Of a stretch of 64,000 nucleotides of DNA, positions 27,404 through 36,171 are shown piece after piece (the first letter of the stretch is position 1; each line of letters starts with the position of its first letter). The notes under the pieces are model-generated. The model was not told the DNA's origin. It saw only the letters and a program-made list of their open reading frames with translations, and searched no databases. The position numbers were made by a program, and so were the translations under genes. Source of the stretch: an uncultured Candidatus Saccharimonas sp. (lineage in GTDB: Bacteria; Patescibacteriota; Saccharimonadia; Saccharimonadales; Saccharimonadaceae); the NCBI GenBank assembly GCA_964513425.1, contig CAZEME010000001.1, forward strand, positions 3,062 through 67,061, read 5' to 3'.

Positions 27404-27432
27404 ATTATAGCAATCCTACCACTTATTGTCAA
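27404..27432 (-). promoter_or_regulatory. consensus sigma70-type promoter for rplJL
   Basis: TTGACA (27432-27427), a 17-nt spacer, then TATAAT (27409-27404) on the minus strand. Confidence 0.6.
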
Positions 27433-27486
27433 TCTAAATATAACTATGTTATTATTAATCTAAATTAATTTAAATCTAGGGGCATC

Positions 27487-28155
27487 GTGGCTAATAGACA
27501 TTTGAACGAAAAGAAATATCAAAAGAATCGCAAAAAGCTTAATCTTATTAGTTTAATTATAATTATTACTAGTATCATACTAGGTGGTTTAGTGATGTAT
27601 TTGGGCTATAACTTTTCAACCGGTTTAGGCGCAGATACGAGTATAGTCAAATTAGAAACGGATAATGTTAAAGAAACAGTTTTAACTGACGGCTCTATTA
27701 TTAATACGCCAACTAATAAGACCGAATATGATCAAGCCATAGCTGATTTAGAAGCTAAATATGCTGATGATAACTCATTTGAAGCTAATAGGGATAAGAA
27801 TTTTGATCTAAATAGAATCAATTCTGGTTATGAATCCTTTATTAGTACTAGTGGCATGAAAGATAGTTTTAATAACTCAGCTAGCCAAATGACGTCTGGT
27901 TTCAATGGCATATTCAAGGTTATTAGTAGTATATTCTTTGTTATACCAGGTCTAATTATTATGGGGATTGGTCTATTTATAGGTGGTCAATTATTCCTTC
28001 TAGCTAATGGTCGAAGTATTTTTGCTTTCTTCTTCCAGGCGGGTATGCCGGTTGCTAAAGAAGCTGGCAAGGAACTTGCTCCAGTCTTTGGTAATATAGC
28101 TAAACATATAGCTGATGGGGTGATTCAAGCTAAATCTAGCTCTAAGCGTAAATAG
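27487..28155 (+). CDS. hypothetical membrane protein
   Basis: 222 aa with a GTG start after AGGGG, an N-terminal TM helix and C-terminal TM helices. No family recognised. Confidence 0.55.
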   Translation: MANRHLNEKKYQKNRKKLNLISLIIIITSIILGGLVMYLGYNFSTGLGADTSIVKLETDNVKETVLTDGSIINTPTNKTEYDQAIADLEAKYADDNSFEANRDKNFDLNRINSGYESFISTSGMKDSFNNSASQMTSGFNGIFKVISSIFFVIPGLIIMGIGLFIGGQLFLLANGRSIFAFFFQAGMPVAKEAGKELAPVFGNIAKHIADGVIQAKSSSKRK

Positions 28156-28169
28156 TTTTTTGAATTAAT

Positions 28170-28205
28170 AAAAACATCCTCGCTAATAGCGAGGATGTTT
28201 TCTTG
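28170..28205. terminator. bidirectional intrinsic terminator
   Basis: aacatcctcgc-taata-gcgaggatgtt (11-bp stem) flanked by A-run and T-run sequences, between convergent genes. Confidence 0.7.
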
Positions 28206-28215
28206 TTGCAATATA

Positions 28216-29247
28216 TTAATTGATAGTATTTTCTATTTTGATGCCAGGGCCCATAGTAGTGCTAATATTAACTGACTTAACATAAGTACCTTTAAGGCTG
28301 GCTGGCCTTTGGGCTTTGAGACTTTCTAACAAAGCATTAATGTTAACGCGTAAGTCATTAGCACCAAAAGAAACTTTACCAACACTCAGGTGTACAATTG
28401 ACTGTTTATCTACTCGGTACTCAACTTTCCCAGCTTTAGCTTCAGTAGTAGCCTTGACTAAATTAGTAGCTACTGACCCGCTCTTTGGGTTTGGCATGAG
28501 GCCTTTTGGACCCAGTAGACGGGCATATTTACCTAATTTTGGCATATACTGTGGGGTGGTGATTAAGACATCGAAGTTTAAATCACCTTTTTCGAGTTGT
28601 TGCAAGAAATTATCGTCACCGACTATATCAGCTCCAGCCTTTTTGACATTAGCATGTTCACCTTCTGGTGCAAAGACAGCAACTCTAATAGTTTTACCAG
28701 TCCCTTTAGGCAAGACAACATTAGCACGAATATTTTGGTCGGCTTGTCGAGGGTCTACACCTAGTTTAATATGTAGTTCAACACTGGCATCGAACTTGGT
28801 TGGGCTAGTCTTAGTGATTAGTTCTATAGCATCATCTAGATTATAAAATTTAGTAGCATCTATTAGTTTAGCAACCTCTTGGTATTTTTTGCCACGACGT
28901 TCAATCTTTGGCCTAGTAATTGGGGCTGGACCTTTTTTCTTGGTTTCAGACTTGTCGGACTTTGGTGAAGTATCGTGCTTTTCTTTACGTTCTTCTTTAG
29001 CTATTTTTTCACCTGTTTCCTTGATAGCTTTTTCACTACGTTTACCAGCTTTAGCTAGCGGTTTATCGACAGCCTCTGGTACTTCACCAGCAACTGGTTG
29101 ATCGATAATTTTAGCTATTTTCTTAGCTACTTCTGGCTTTAGTTCCACTGATTTGATAGCAGCCTCTATCTCAGCAATAGTATTGCTGGGGCTGACTTCT
29201 AATTTAAGCTTTCTAGCTTGTTCTAATAATTCGGCTTTTTTAGCCAT
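28216..29247 (-). CDS. rplA: 50S ribosomal protein L1 with a ~115-aa N-terminal extension
   Basis: The C-terminal ~228 aa align along their length with bacterial L1 (GLMPNPKSGSV, VNISTTMGPG). The N-terminal Lys/Glu/Ala-rich extension begins AELLEQARKLKLEVSPSNTIAEIEAAI. Confidence 0.9.
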   Translation of the reverse strand: MAKKAELLEQARKLKLEVSPSNTIAEIEAAIKSVELKPEVAKKIAKIIDQPVAGEVPEAVDKPLAKAGKRSEKAIKETGEKIAKEERKEKHDTSPKSDKSETKKKGPAPITRPKIERRGKKYQEVAKLIDATKFYNLDDAIELITKTSPTKFDASVELHIKLGVDPRQADQNIRANVVLPKGTGKTIRVAVFAPEGEHANVKKAGADIVGDDNFLQQLEKGDLNFDVLITTPQYMPKLGKYARLLGPKGLMPNPKSGSVATNLVKATTEAKAGKVEYRVDKQSIVHLSVGKVSFGANDLRVNINALLESLKAQRPASLKGTYVKSVNISTTMGPGIKIENTIN

Positions 29248-29401
29248 AGTTTTGAACCCTTTCTGTGGTAATAGCGGCTTTATGGGCCTCCCAACATTGA
29301 TTTGATATTATTTATTATATCATATTGTATATGAAAATAAAGATTATTTTATAAATCTTTAAGTGGTATGCCAGTCTTCTTAGAAACTTACTTAGCCCAA
29401 C

Positions 29402-29596
29402 TTAATAGACGTTTAAATTGTAATCTCTTGATACTTGTTCTATCTCGTTATTATCTAAGCGTTTTACAAAACTATCGATAGTGCTAGTTAACCTATCTAA
29501 ACTATCCTGAGAAGCTCTCTCATCGAGCTTTTTTTCTATATTAGAAAAATTCTTTTGCATGTATTTAAACAATTTCATGAATTGGTCTTCGCTCAT
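29402..29596 (-). CDS. hypothetical small coiled-coil protein inserted between rplK and rplA
   Basis: 64-aa ORF with ATG 6 nt downstream of TGaTATAAT (29611-29603). No SD sequence, so possibly leaderless. Confidence 0.45.
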   Translation of the reverse strand: MSEDQFMKLFKYMQKNFSNIEKKLDERASQDSLDRLTSTIDSFVKRLDNNEIEQVSRDYNLNVY

Positions 29597-29613
29597 ATAA
29601 TAATTATATCATT

Positions 29614-29641
29614 AATAAAAAATCGCGGCAAAAACCGCGAT
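29614..29641 (-). terminator. intrinsic terminator after rplK
   Basis: The minus-strand hairpin aucgcgg-uuuuug-ccgcgau is followed by uuuuuu. Confidence 0.6.
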
Positions 29642-29661
29642 AATTTATATATTTACTATTA

Positions 29662-30087
29662 TTAACCTTCGACTTCGACTCCCATTGACCTGGCAGTACC
29701 GGCAATAACCTTGACTCGGCCTTCTACGTCAATAGCATTTAGCTGGTCTTTTTTGATTTCAGCGATCTCTTCGAGTTGAGCGCGAGTGATTTTACCAACT
29801 TTATCAGAATGAGGCTTGCCACTACCTTTTTCTATGCCAATTCTTTCACGAATCATATCGTCAACTGGTTGACCGAGTGATACCCAGTCAAAAGAACGAT
29901 CTTCGTATATCTTAAGATGAACGATTACATTCTTGCCCATCAAATCTTTAGTAGCTTCATTAAATGGATTAATAAAATCCATCATATTTAGTCCCCATTG
30001 ACCTAAAGTTGAGCCAACTGGAGGTCCGGCCGTAGCTCGGCCAGCTGGGATTCTTAGTTTTAAATTACCAATTATTTTTTTTGCCAT
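29662..30087 (-). CDS. rplK: 50S ribosomal protein L11
   Basis: 141 aa. LRIPAGRATAGPPVGSTLGQ is a diagnostic L11 N-domain sequence. Confidence 0.95.
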   Translation of the reverse strand: MAKKIIGNLKLRIPAGRATAGPPVGSTLGQWGLNMMDFINPFNEATKDLMGKNVIVHLKIYEDRSFDWVSLGQPVDDMIRERIGIEKGSGKPHSDKVGKITRAQLEEIAEIKKDQLNAIDVEGRVKVIAGTARSMGVEVEG

Positions 30088-30143
30088 ATTAATAAATCTT
30101 TCTAATTAATTTCAATAAATGAAGCATGCGTAACTGACGGTTA

Positions 30144-30689
30144 TTATAACTTATTAACCTGTAAGGCGTCAAGCTCAACTGAAGTGTCGCGACCGAACAT
30201 GCTGACCATAACTTTGACTTTACCTTTTTGGGCATCTATTTCAGAGATTGAACCATCGAAGCCCTTAAATGGTCCATCGGTGATGCTAACAACCTCACCA
30301 GGTTTAAAGTCAATAAAGTGTTTTGGATCTTCCACTCCCATCCTTCGTCTGATTTTAGTGATCTCACCATCTGATACGGGACTTGGTTCAGTACCGCTAC
30401 CAACAAAACCAGTGACGCCTGGGGTGTTACGAATAATATACCAAGTTTCGTCGGTTAGTTTCATTTCGACCAAAACGTAACCTTGGAAGATCTTTTTTTC
30501 GACAACTTTTCGTTTGCCATTTTTAATTTCAATTTGTTTTTCTTTAGGCACAACAGCATCGAAGATCTTATCAGCCATATCGACAGCTTTTATTCTTTGC
30601 AAAATACTGTCGGCTACTTTATCTTCATAGCCACTATAAGTATGGATGGCATACCATTGACGAGTTGAATCATATCTATTGTTTGACAT
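30144..30689 (-). CDS. nusG: transcription termination/antitermination factor NusG
   Basis: 181 aa. WYAIHTYSGYE NGN domain plus a C-terminal KOW domain, in secE-nusG-rplK order. Confidence 0.95.
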   Translation of the reverse strand: MSNNRYDSTRQWYAIHTYSGYEDKVADSILQRIKAVDMADKIFDAVVPKEKQIEIKNGKRKVVEKKIFQGYVLVEMKLTDETWYIIRNTPGVTGFVGSGTEPSPVSDGEITKIRRRMGVEDPKHFIDFKPGEVVSITDGPFKGFDGSISEIDAQKGKVKVMVSMFGRDTSVELDALQVNKL

Positions 30690-30698
30690 ATATTTTTC

Positions 30699-31016
30699 CT
30701 ACTTTATGATTAATTTAAATAATAATTGGAAGACATAATCTAGGGCGATTATTAAGATTATGAAGAAGCCTGTAAAGATGATTACTGCTCCAGTTAGAGC
30801 CCAAGTAGCTCGGCGATTTGGCCATCGTACTTGTTTTAGTTCTTGCCAGGAGCCTTTAAAATAACCAGCAATTTTCAAGATAATTTTAAGTATCGGGTTG
30901 TTTACTTCTTTTATAACCTTTTCTTTAGCTTTCTTAACTGATTCTTTTTTAGGCTTGATTGGCTTATCTTTTGACTCAGTTTTGGCGCTATTTGCTTTTA
31001 TTTTAGTTATTGCCAC
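30699..31016 (-). CDS. secE: preprotein translocase subunit SecE (Lys-rich N-terminal extension)
   Basis: The C-terminal ELKQVRWPNRRATW plus a single TM helix is the SecE signature. Confidence 0.85.
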   Translation of the reverse strand: MAITKIKANSAKTESKDKPIKPKKESVKKAKEKVIKEVNNPILKIILKIAGYFKGSWQELKQVRWPNRRATWALTGAVIIFTGFFIILIIALDYVFQLLFKLIIK

Positions 31017-31109
31017 AGTTTTCTCCTATTTAAATAGCCTGCTCGAGGCAGACTGTCAAGTACCACTATAGTCTCAAGAGGTTGAATAGTCAATAGATTT
31101 ATGGCTCTA

Positions 31110-32798
31110 TTATTTTATCTTTTCTTTTTTGAATCGATTAGTATTAATCGTAAAACTGAAGGTTGAGCCAAAGTTCAATCGACTAGTTAGTTCTATAGTA
31201 GAGCCTAGTTGCCGAGCTAGTTTTTTGGCTATATAAAGTCCCAGCCCAGTCCCACCTGTCTCACGAGTACGATAATCTTCACTTCGGAAAAATTTATCAA
31301 AAACTTTATTTTGGTCTGACTTACTAATACCAATACCGGTGTCGATGATGGCAAAAGTTATTTTGTCACCCTCTTTTTTAATAGATATCTTGATACTACC
31401 TTTTTTGGTGTATTTTAGGGCATTAGTCATAAGATTTTGGAGCAATTCTTCAACATATAAGCGACTAACAGTTATTTGGCCTAGGCCAGGTGACATATCC
31501 AGATCAAGCTTGATTTTTTTATTAGTAGCTTCGGTCAGATATTTATTATGTAGTTCGTTACCTAGCTCACGGACATCAACTAATTCTGGCTTATCTTTTA
31601 TGCCTCTTTCAGCTCTAGATAAGGTACTAAGATCATTAACCATACTGGCTAGGTAAATTATTTGTTTATGAGCTACTTTAATAGAATCTTTTAGCATAGC
31701 TGTCGTTGAATCAGGATGCTCCATCAGGGCTTTTATATTAGATAATGTTCCTTCGGCTATAGTGATAGGCGTTCGAAGCTCATGGCTGACTACGCTAACG
31801 AATTCATCTCTTTCTTCTTCTAAACTTTTTTCTTTAGTGATATCACGTATAATTAGAATATAGCCATCGTTTGGCCCGGTCTTTTTAGTTTTTTGGTAAT
31901 CTTTACGGATTGGGGCATAGGTTATCTCTAAACGCATTTTATCATCGTCTGAAAAATAATAAATCAGATCATTTCTTCTAGACACTTTTTTAACTATTTG
32001 TAGTTCATCTAAAATATAAAAATCATTATCATTCATATCTTTAAGTGGTAGTATGTCTTGGATACTATAACCAGCTAGACTTTTATTGGTGTCAAGTAGA
32101 CTAAGGGCGGCAGCATTATATATATTTATAATACCTTTTTCGTCAGTGCTAATTAAGGCGTCGGCCATATTATTAACAATGGTCATTACTTTGTCTTTTT
32201 GTAACATTTCTTGTGCTTTGCTTTTTTCAAGTTTATCTTCTGAGGCTTTACGGGTTCGGTGAAAAGCAAAAAGAAGCATAGTACTTGTGGTTAATATGCC
32301 TATCATAATAAGGCTATTGGAGGCTAAAATATTTATATTTAAATCATTCCATAATAAGGCATCAATAAATATGACTGTTATGAAAGTCAAAATATTCAAC
32401 ATAACTCCCGTAGTAGAAAAATAAACATAGCAGGCTGTAATTAAGATTAACCAAAGTAGAATCAACGGTGATGCTATCGCTGAAAATATAATTAAAAGTG
32501 AGCTAGATACAAGATGGTGAAAGACCAGTCTAATGGCAACTTCTACTTTGCTTTTACTTTCATGGAAAAATTGGATCGTTCCCATAGTCATCCAGATAAA
32601 CAGCATGATCAATGGTACAATTGGGCCAACTATAATATCTACGTCGATAATTTTTAACTCAATTAAAATAAAATAAACTAGAAATATGGTTGGGGCTATC
32701 ATACCAGATAGGCGCATAGCCTTAGCTGAAGCTGGTAGATGGACTGGTTTTACAGATGTAGCTTTATCTCTTATTTTTTTCTTTTTCATTGTCATCAT
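31110..32798 (-). CDS. sensor histidine kinase (multi-TM N-domain, PAS, HisKA, HATPase_c)
   Basis: H-box VVSHELRTPIT, N-box LMTNALKYT and G-boxes DTGIGI / GGTGLGLYIAKK. The start is ambiguous (Met cluster 32789-32798). Confidence 0.85.
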   Translation of the reverse strand: MMTMKKKKIRDKATSVKPVHLPASAKAMRLSGMIAPTIFLVYFILIELKIIDVDIIVGPIVPLIMLFIWMTMGTIQFFHESKSKVEVAIRLVFHHLVSSSLLIIFSAIASPLILLWLILITACYVYFSTTGVMLNILTFITVIFIDALLWNDLNINILASNSLIMIGILTTSTMLLFAFHRTRKASEDKLEKSKAQEMLQKDKVMTIVNNMADALISTDEKGIINIYNAAALSLLDTNKSLAGYSIQDILPLKDMNDNDFYILDELQIVKKVSRRNDLIYYFSDDDKMRLEITYAPIRKDYQKTKKTGPNDGYILIIRDITKEKSLEEERDEFVSVVSHELRTPITIAEGTLSNIKALMEHPDSTTAMLKDSIKVAHKQIIYLASMVNDLSTLSRAERGIKDKPELVDVRELGNELHNKYLTEATNKKIKLDLDMSPGLGQITVSRLYVEELLQNLMTNALKYTKKGSIKISIKKEGDKITFAIIDTGIGISKSDQNKVFDKFFRSEDYRTRETGGTGLGLYIAKKLARQLGSTIELTSRLNFGSTFSFTINTNRFKKEKIK

Positions 32799-34491
32799 CC
32801 TTTAGCTCTTCTTTCTTTATCTTAATCTCTGGTAAAGTAATGCTAAAAGTAGAGCCATGATTAAGACGACTTACTAAACTTATGTTTGTGTTCATTTTCT
32901 TGGCTAGCTTGGCGGCTACATAAAGCCCCAGTCCAGTTCCACTAGATTCTCTAGTACGGTAATCTTCACTACGATAGAACTTTTGAAATATTTTAGCTTG
33001 ATCAGTTTTGCTTATACCTATACCGGTATCTTTAACAGATATTATTATTTTTTCATTCTCTTTCTCAGCAATAATAGTTATACTACCAGTTTTAGTATAT
33101 TTGATAGAGTTGGTCACTAAGTTCTGCAATAGTTCCTCGATATATAATCGATTGGTTCGGATGATACCAATATTAGGGTCGACAGCTATATTTAGCTTTA
33201 ACTTCTTTTTCTTAGCCTCATCATTATATTTTGTTAGTAAGTTATGGACTAGTTCTTGGACATCGATATTCTCTAAGTCATTATCAGTACTATTCTCTAC
33301 TCTTGATAGAGCGCTGAGATCATTTACCATATTAGCTAGAAACATAACTTGGTCATGAGCGATATTTAGTGAATCTTTTAATATTTTTTTACTGACATTA
33401 GCTTTAGAGGCCATAGCTTGGATATTAGAAAGTGTTCCTTCGGTTATGGTAATAGGTGTTCGAAGCTCATGGCTGACTACGCTAACGAATTCATCTCTTT
33501 CTTCCTCTAGACTTTTTTCTTTGGTGATATCACGCATAATTAGAATATATCCGTCATTCATCTCTTTATGTTTAATCTTTGAATAGCTCTTACGAATTGG
33601 TGCAAAAGTAGTAGATAACCTAATTCGTTCATTATCACTGAAGACATAATATAAGTCATCGCGTTGTATGGTGTTGCGACACTGTCTTAAAATCGAGATT
33701 ATACTAACCGGTTCACCTTCTCTATCTTCTAATTTAAATAATTTATCAATATTGATATTGATAAGATCTTTATTAGTATCTAGTAAGCTCAAAGTGGCCG
33801 CATTATATACCTTTATATCCCCGCCATTATCTGTACCAATAATGGCATCAGTTAGATTATTAACTATAGTGGCAATTCTTTCTCTTTGGAGAGACTCTTT
33901 AACGACACTTTCAAATAATTTTTGTTTACGTATTTCGTGCGTCTTATTAACGGTTATAACTACTAAACCGGTAGTTATTGCTGTTAGGAATATCATCAAA
34001 TCAGTTATTAGTATCCTTATGTCCCCAGAATGTATCAATAAGATATCTATTAGAACCAGCGATAATATGAATAAAATACTAAGCTTTAGGCCAGTATTTT
34101 CAAAATAAATATAAGAGGCTATCATTAAAATTGGCCAAGCAGCAGCAAAGGGATTGAATATACCAGCCACTAATAAAAGGTAAACACCTGTCATTATATG
34201 GAATTCAGCTAGTCTTAGAGTTGAGCCAAGAGCTGTTTTACCGGGTCTTGTTTTTTGGAGGAAGCCAACAATAAACCATATAATCATGATGATCGAAAAG
34301 CCTACTGGGCCAACTATTTTATTAGGTGAAATAATTATATTGAATTGAATTAATAGACCATAAATCAATAACCCTATCGGCATTAAGAACCCAGTATTAG
34401 TAATAGTTTTGTCAGCTTTTTTAGTATAACTATTATCACTACGATATTTATTAACGTAAGATTTAATATCCATCTTATGCTTATTATACAC
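32764..34491 (-). CDS. sensor histidine kinase, tandem paralog of the downstream kinase
   Basis: Same architecture: H-box VVSHELRTPIT, N-box LVTNSIKYT and G-boxes DTGIGI / GTGLGLYVAAK. Confidence 0.85.
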   Translation of the reverse strand: MYNKHKMDIKSYVNKYRSDNSYTKKADKTITNTGFLMPIGLLIYGLLIQFNIIISPNKIVGPVGFSIIMIIWFIVGFLQKTRPGKTALGSTLRLAEFHIMTGVYLLLVAGIFNPFAAAWPILMIASYIYFENTGLKLSILFILSLVLIDILLIHSGDIRILITDLMIFLTAITTGLVVITVNKTHEIRKQKLFESVVKESLQRERIATIVNNLTDAIIGTDNGGDIKVYNAATLSLLDTNKDLININIDKLFKLEDREGEPVSIISILRQCRNTIQRDDLYYVFSDNERIRLSTTFAPIRKSYSKIKHKEMNDGYILIMRDITKEKSLEEERDEFVSVVSHELRTPITITEGTLSNIQAMASKANVSKKILKDSLNIAHDQVMFLANMVNDLSALSRVENSTDNDLENIDVQELVHNLLTKYNDEAKKKKLKLNIAVDPNIGIIRTNRLYIEELLQNLVTNSIKYTKTGSITIIAEKENEKIIISVKDTGIGISKTDQAKIFQKFYRSEDYRTRESSGTGLGLYVAAKLAKKMNTNISLVSRLNHGSTFSITLPEIKIKKEELKDDDNEKEKNKR

Positions 34492-34505
34492 TGACTAACA
34501 AGTTT

Positions 34506-35201
34506 TTAGATAGAGGGGTTATGTAGTTTTAATTCTCTTTTATGTTTTAAGTAGTCGGGGTCATTCTCGCCGACTACTTTCCAAAAATTAGCTCCATGGT
34601 TCATCTCTATAGTATGAGATAGTTCATGCAAGATGACATAATCAATTAGTTTAAATGGTAGTTTCATTAAAGCAATATTAAGACTGATTGTGCCATTGTT
34701 GCTACAACTACCCCATCTTCCACCGGCATGAGAACAGCGTACTTTAGTGTAGCTATAGCCATATTTATTAGCCAAGAAAGCTAATCTTTTTGGGAGGTAG
34801 CTTTTTGCCTCATTTTTAATGGCTTTTATAACTGCTTGTTTAACTTGTTCTGTTACTCTTTTATCAGCTAATGTTAAGTTATCTGGCAAATCAATGATTA
34901 TTCTTTGTCCTTGATTTGATATCTTTAATTCTTTTTGGGCACAAGGCTGGATTATTAAGATATGGCTTTTACCTATTTGTTGGCCATTAACTAACTCATA
35001 GCTCGATTTAGAGCTTTTTATCATATCTCTTATTTCAGCTCGTGAATCTTTAATTAGTTTTTTAACTAAAAAGATTGGGGCTCTTGTTGGTAGGGATGCC
35101 CCCAGTGAACCGTTTGGCAAAAGGCGTAGCTTTATTTGTCTAGCCTTGTGATTGCGCCGAATTGTAATCTTTCCAAATTCATCGTCAAGTATTATTGACA
35201 T
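34506..35201 (-). CDS. DUF45/YgjP-like zinc metallohydrolase (M48 superfamily)
   Basis: 231 aa. It has the HELSH zinc motif (VILHELSHTIEMNHGANFW) in a C-terminal position typical of YgjP-like proteins. Confidence 0.72.
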   Translation of the reverse strand: MSIILDDEFGKITIRRNHKARQIKLRLLPNGSLGASLPTRAPIFLVKKLIKDSRAEIRDMIKSSKSSYELVNGQQIGKSHILIIQPCAQKELKISNQGQRIIIDLPDNLTLADKRVTEQVKQAVIKAIKNEAKSYLPKRLAFLANKYGYSYTKVRCSHAGGRWGSCSNNGTISLNIALMKLPFKLIDYVILHELSHTIEMNHGANFWKVVGENDPDYLKHKRELKLHNPSI

Positions 35202-35210
35202 AGATAATTC

Positions 35211-35792
35211 CTAGCGGAATAGAGAACGCCTGTCTTCATTTGTTCTTTTCGATTCTTCATTTTGATTAGTTGTATCGACTAATTTTTTTAAGACAATTTT
35301 TAGTTGGCTACTATAAGTAAATTTACCGCTAATAACTACAACAGCTTCATTCGCTTTTGGCGGGCAAAATTGTTTCGCTCGCTTAACAAACCTATCCTCG
35401 GCTAATAATGGATCACCAATTATTTTTTTAAACCTTTTCTTAGCAGTTGTTTCATCTGTTTGTACCCATACTAAGAGTGGATTATAACCTTTATCACGAC
35501 ATAGTTTATAGATTAATAGTCGATCGGCCTTTAGGCTACTTTGGCCTTCATAGACTATAGTCTGCTTAGTTTTCATAAATTCTGCTAGAAGATATACTGT
35601 TATCTTGTTAACAAGTTCATCCTCAGCTTTATCGTATTTTGGCTTGTCAGATATTTTATAGCGGATAAGGCTATCACTAATAATCGGAGCATTAAAAGAA
35701 TTAGAAAAATTATTAGCAAAATAACTCTTTCCAGAGCCGGGTATTCCGATCATAATAAGCAAATGTGGTTTATTTAGTCCAAGCTGTTCCAT
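35211..35792 (-). CDS. P-loop kinase-like ATPase (AAA_33 / polynucleotide-kinase-like)
   Basis: 193 aa with the Walker A motif IGIPGSGKSYF near the N terminus and the size of a small nucleotide/nucleic-acid kinase. Confidence 0.6.
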   Translation of the reverse strand: MEQLGLNKPHLLIMIGIPGSGKSYFANNFSNSFNAPIISDSLIRYKISDKPKYDKAEDELVNKITVYLLAEFMKTKQTIVYEGQSSLKADRLLIYKLCRDKGYNPLLVWVQTDETTAKKRFKKIIGDPLLAEDRFVKRAKQFCPPKANEAVVVISGKFTYSSQLKIVLKKLVDTTNQNEESKRTNEDRRSLFR

Positions 35793-35903
35793 GAGTATAT
35801 TATAACAGTAAAATTATTTTTAATAAAAAGCTATCATTATTAGTTTAACAACCATTTACTAGTGGTTCAAGCATAGGTATTATATTTTTATCATTTACTA
35901 ATA

Positions 35904-35931
35904 GAAAAAGCCGATTAATCAAATAATCGGC
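35904..35931 (-). terminator. intrinsic terminator ending the tRNA-Trp-adjacent cassette
   Basis: gccgatta-atcaaa-taatcggc stem-loop, followed on the minus strand by uuuuu. Confidence 0.6.
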
Positions 35932-35938
35932 TTCATTG

Positions 35939-36157
35939 TTAGCTATCTCTTTTTATGAGCATAGCTTTTTCTTTGGCTGTGCCCGACGATTGGATATCAT
36001 TCTTCAGATGTCTAAAAGTAATACAAACATCTTTTAGGTCACAGCCTAGGCAAGCCACCAACATAGTCATACGGCCATCAATTTTATTGTTTTGACCGAT
36101 ACTGCATGGTTTAATATTGTGCTGGGGTCCTGGCTTTGGCCTCTTGTGTCTTGGCAT
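35939..36157 (-). CDS. hypothetical small Cys-containing basic protein (72 aa)
   Basis: ATG at 36157 lies 7 nt after GAGAGG. The sequence is MPRHKRPKPGPQHNIKPCS...ACLGCDLKDVC. The track ORF starts at an upstream TTG (36175). Confidence 0.4.
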   Translation of the reverse strand: MPRHKRPKPGPQHNIKPCSIGQNNKIDGRMTMLVACLGCDLKDVCITFRHLKNDIQSSGTAKEKAMLIKRDS

Positions 36158-36171
36158 AGTGCACCTCTCAT

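Noticed and set aside
28316-28846. 176-aa + strand ORF antisense to rplA
   Set aside because: It is a shadow ORF inside a strongly supported r-protein gene, with a low-complexity Ser/Leu/Ala translation. The same reasoning applies to 26281-26604 (antisense to rplL), 29889-29101-type ORFs and 28889-29101.
31017-31109. Expected tRNA-Trp directly upstream of secE
   Set aside because: No cloverleaf can be drawn in this interval. tRNA-Trp is instead at 37598-37671.
33668-34108. 146-aa + strand ORF inside the histidine kinase gene (also 33008-33358 and 31339-31656)
   Set aside because: They are antisense to kinase genes with complete H, N and G boxes. They have no start context.
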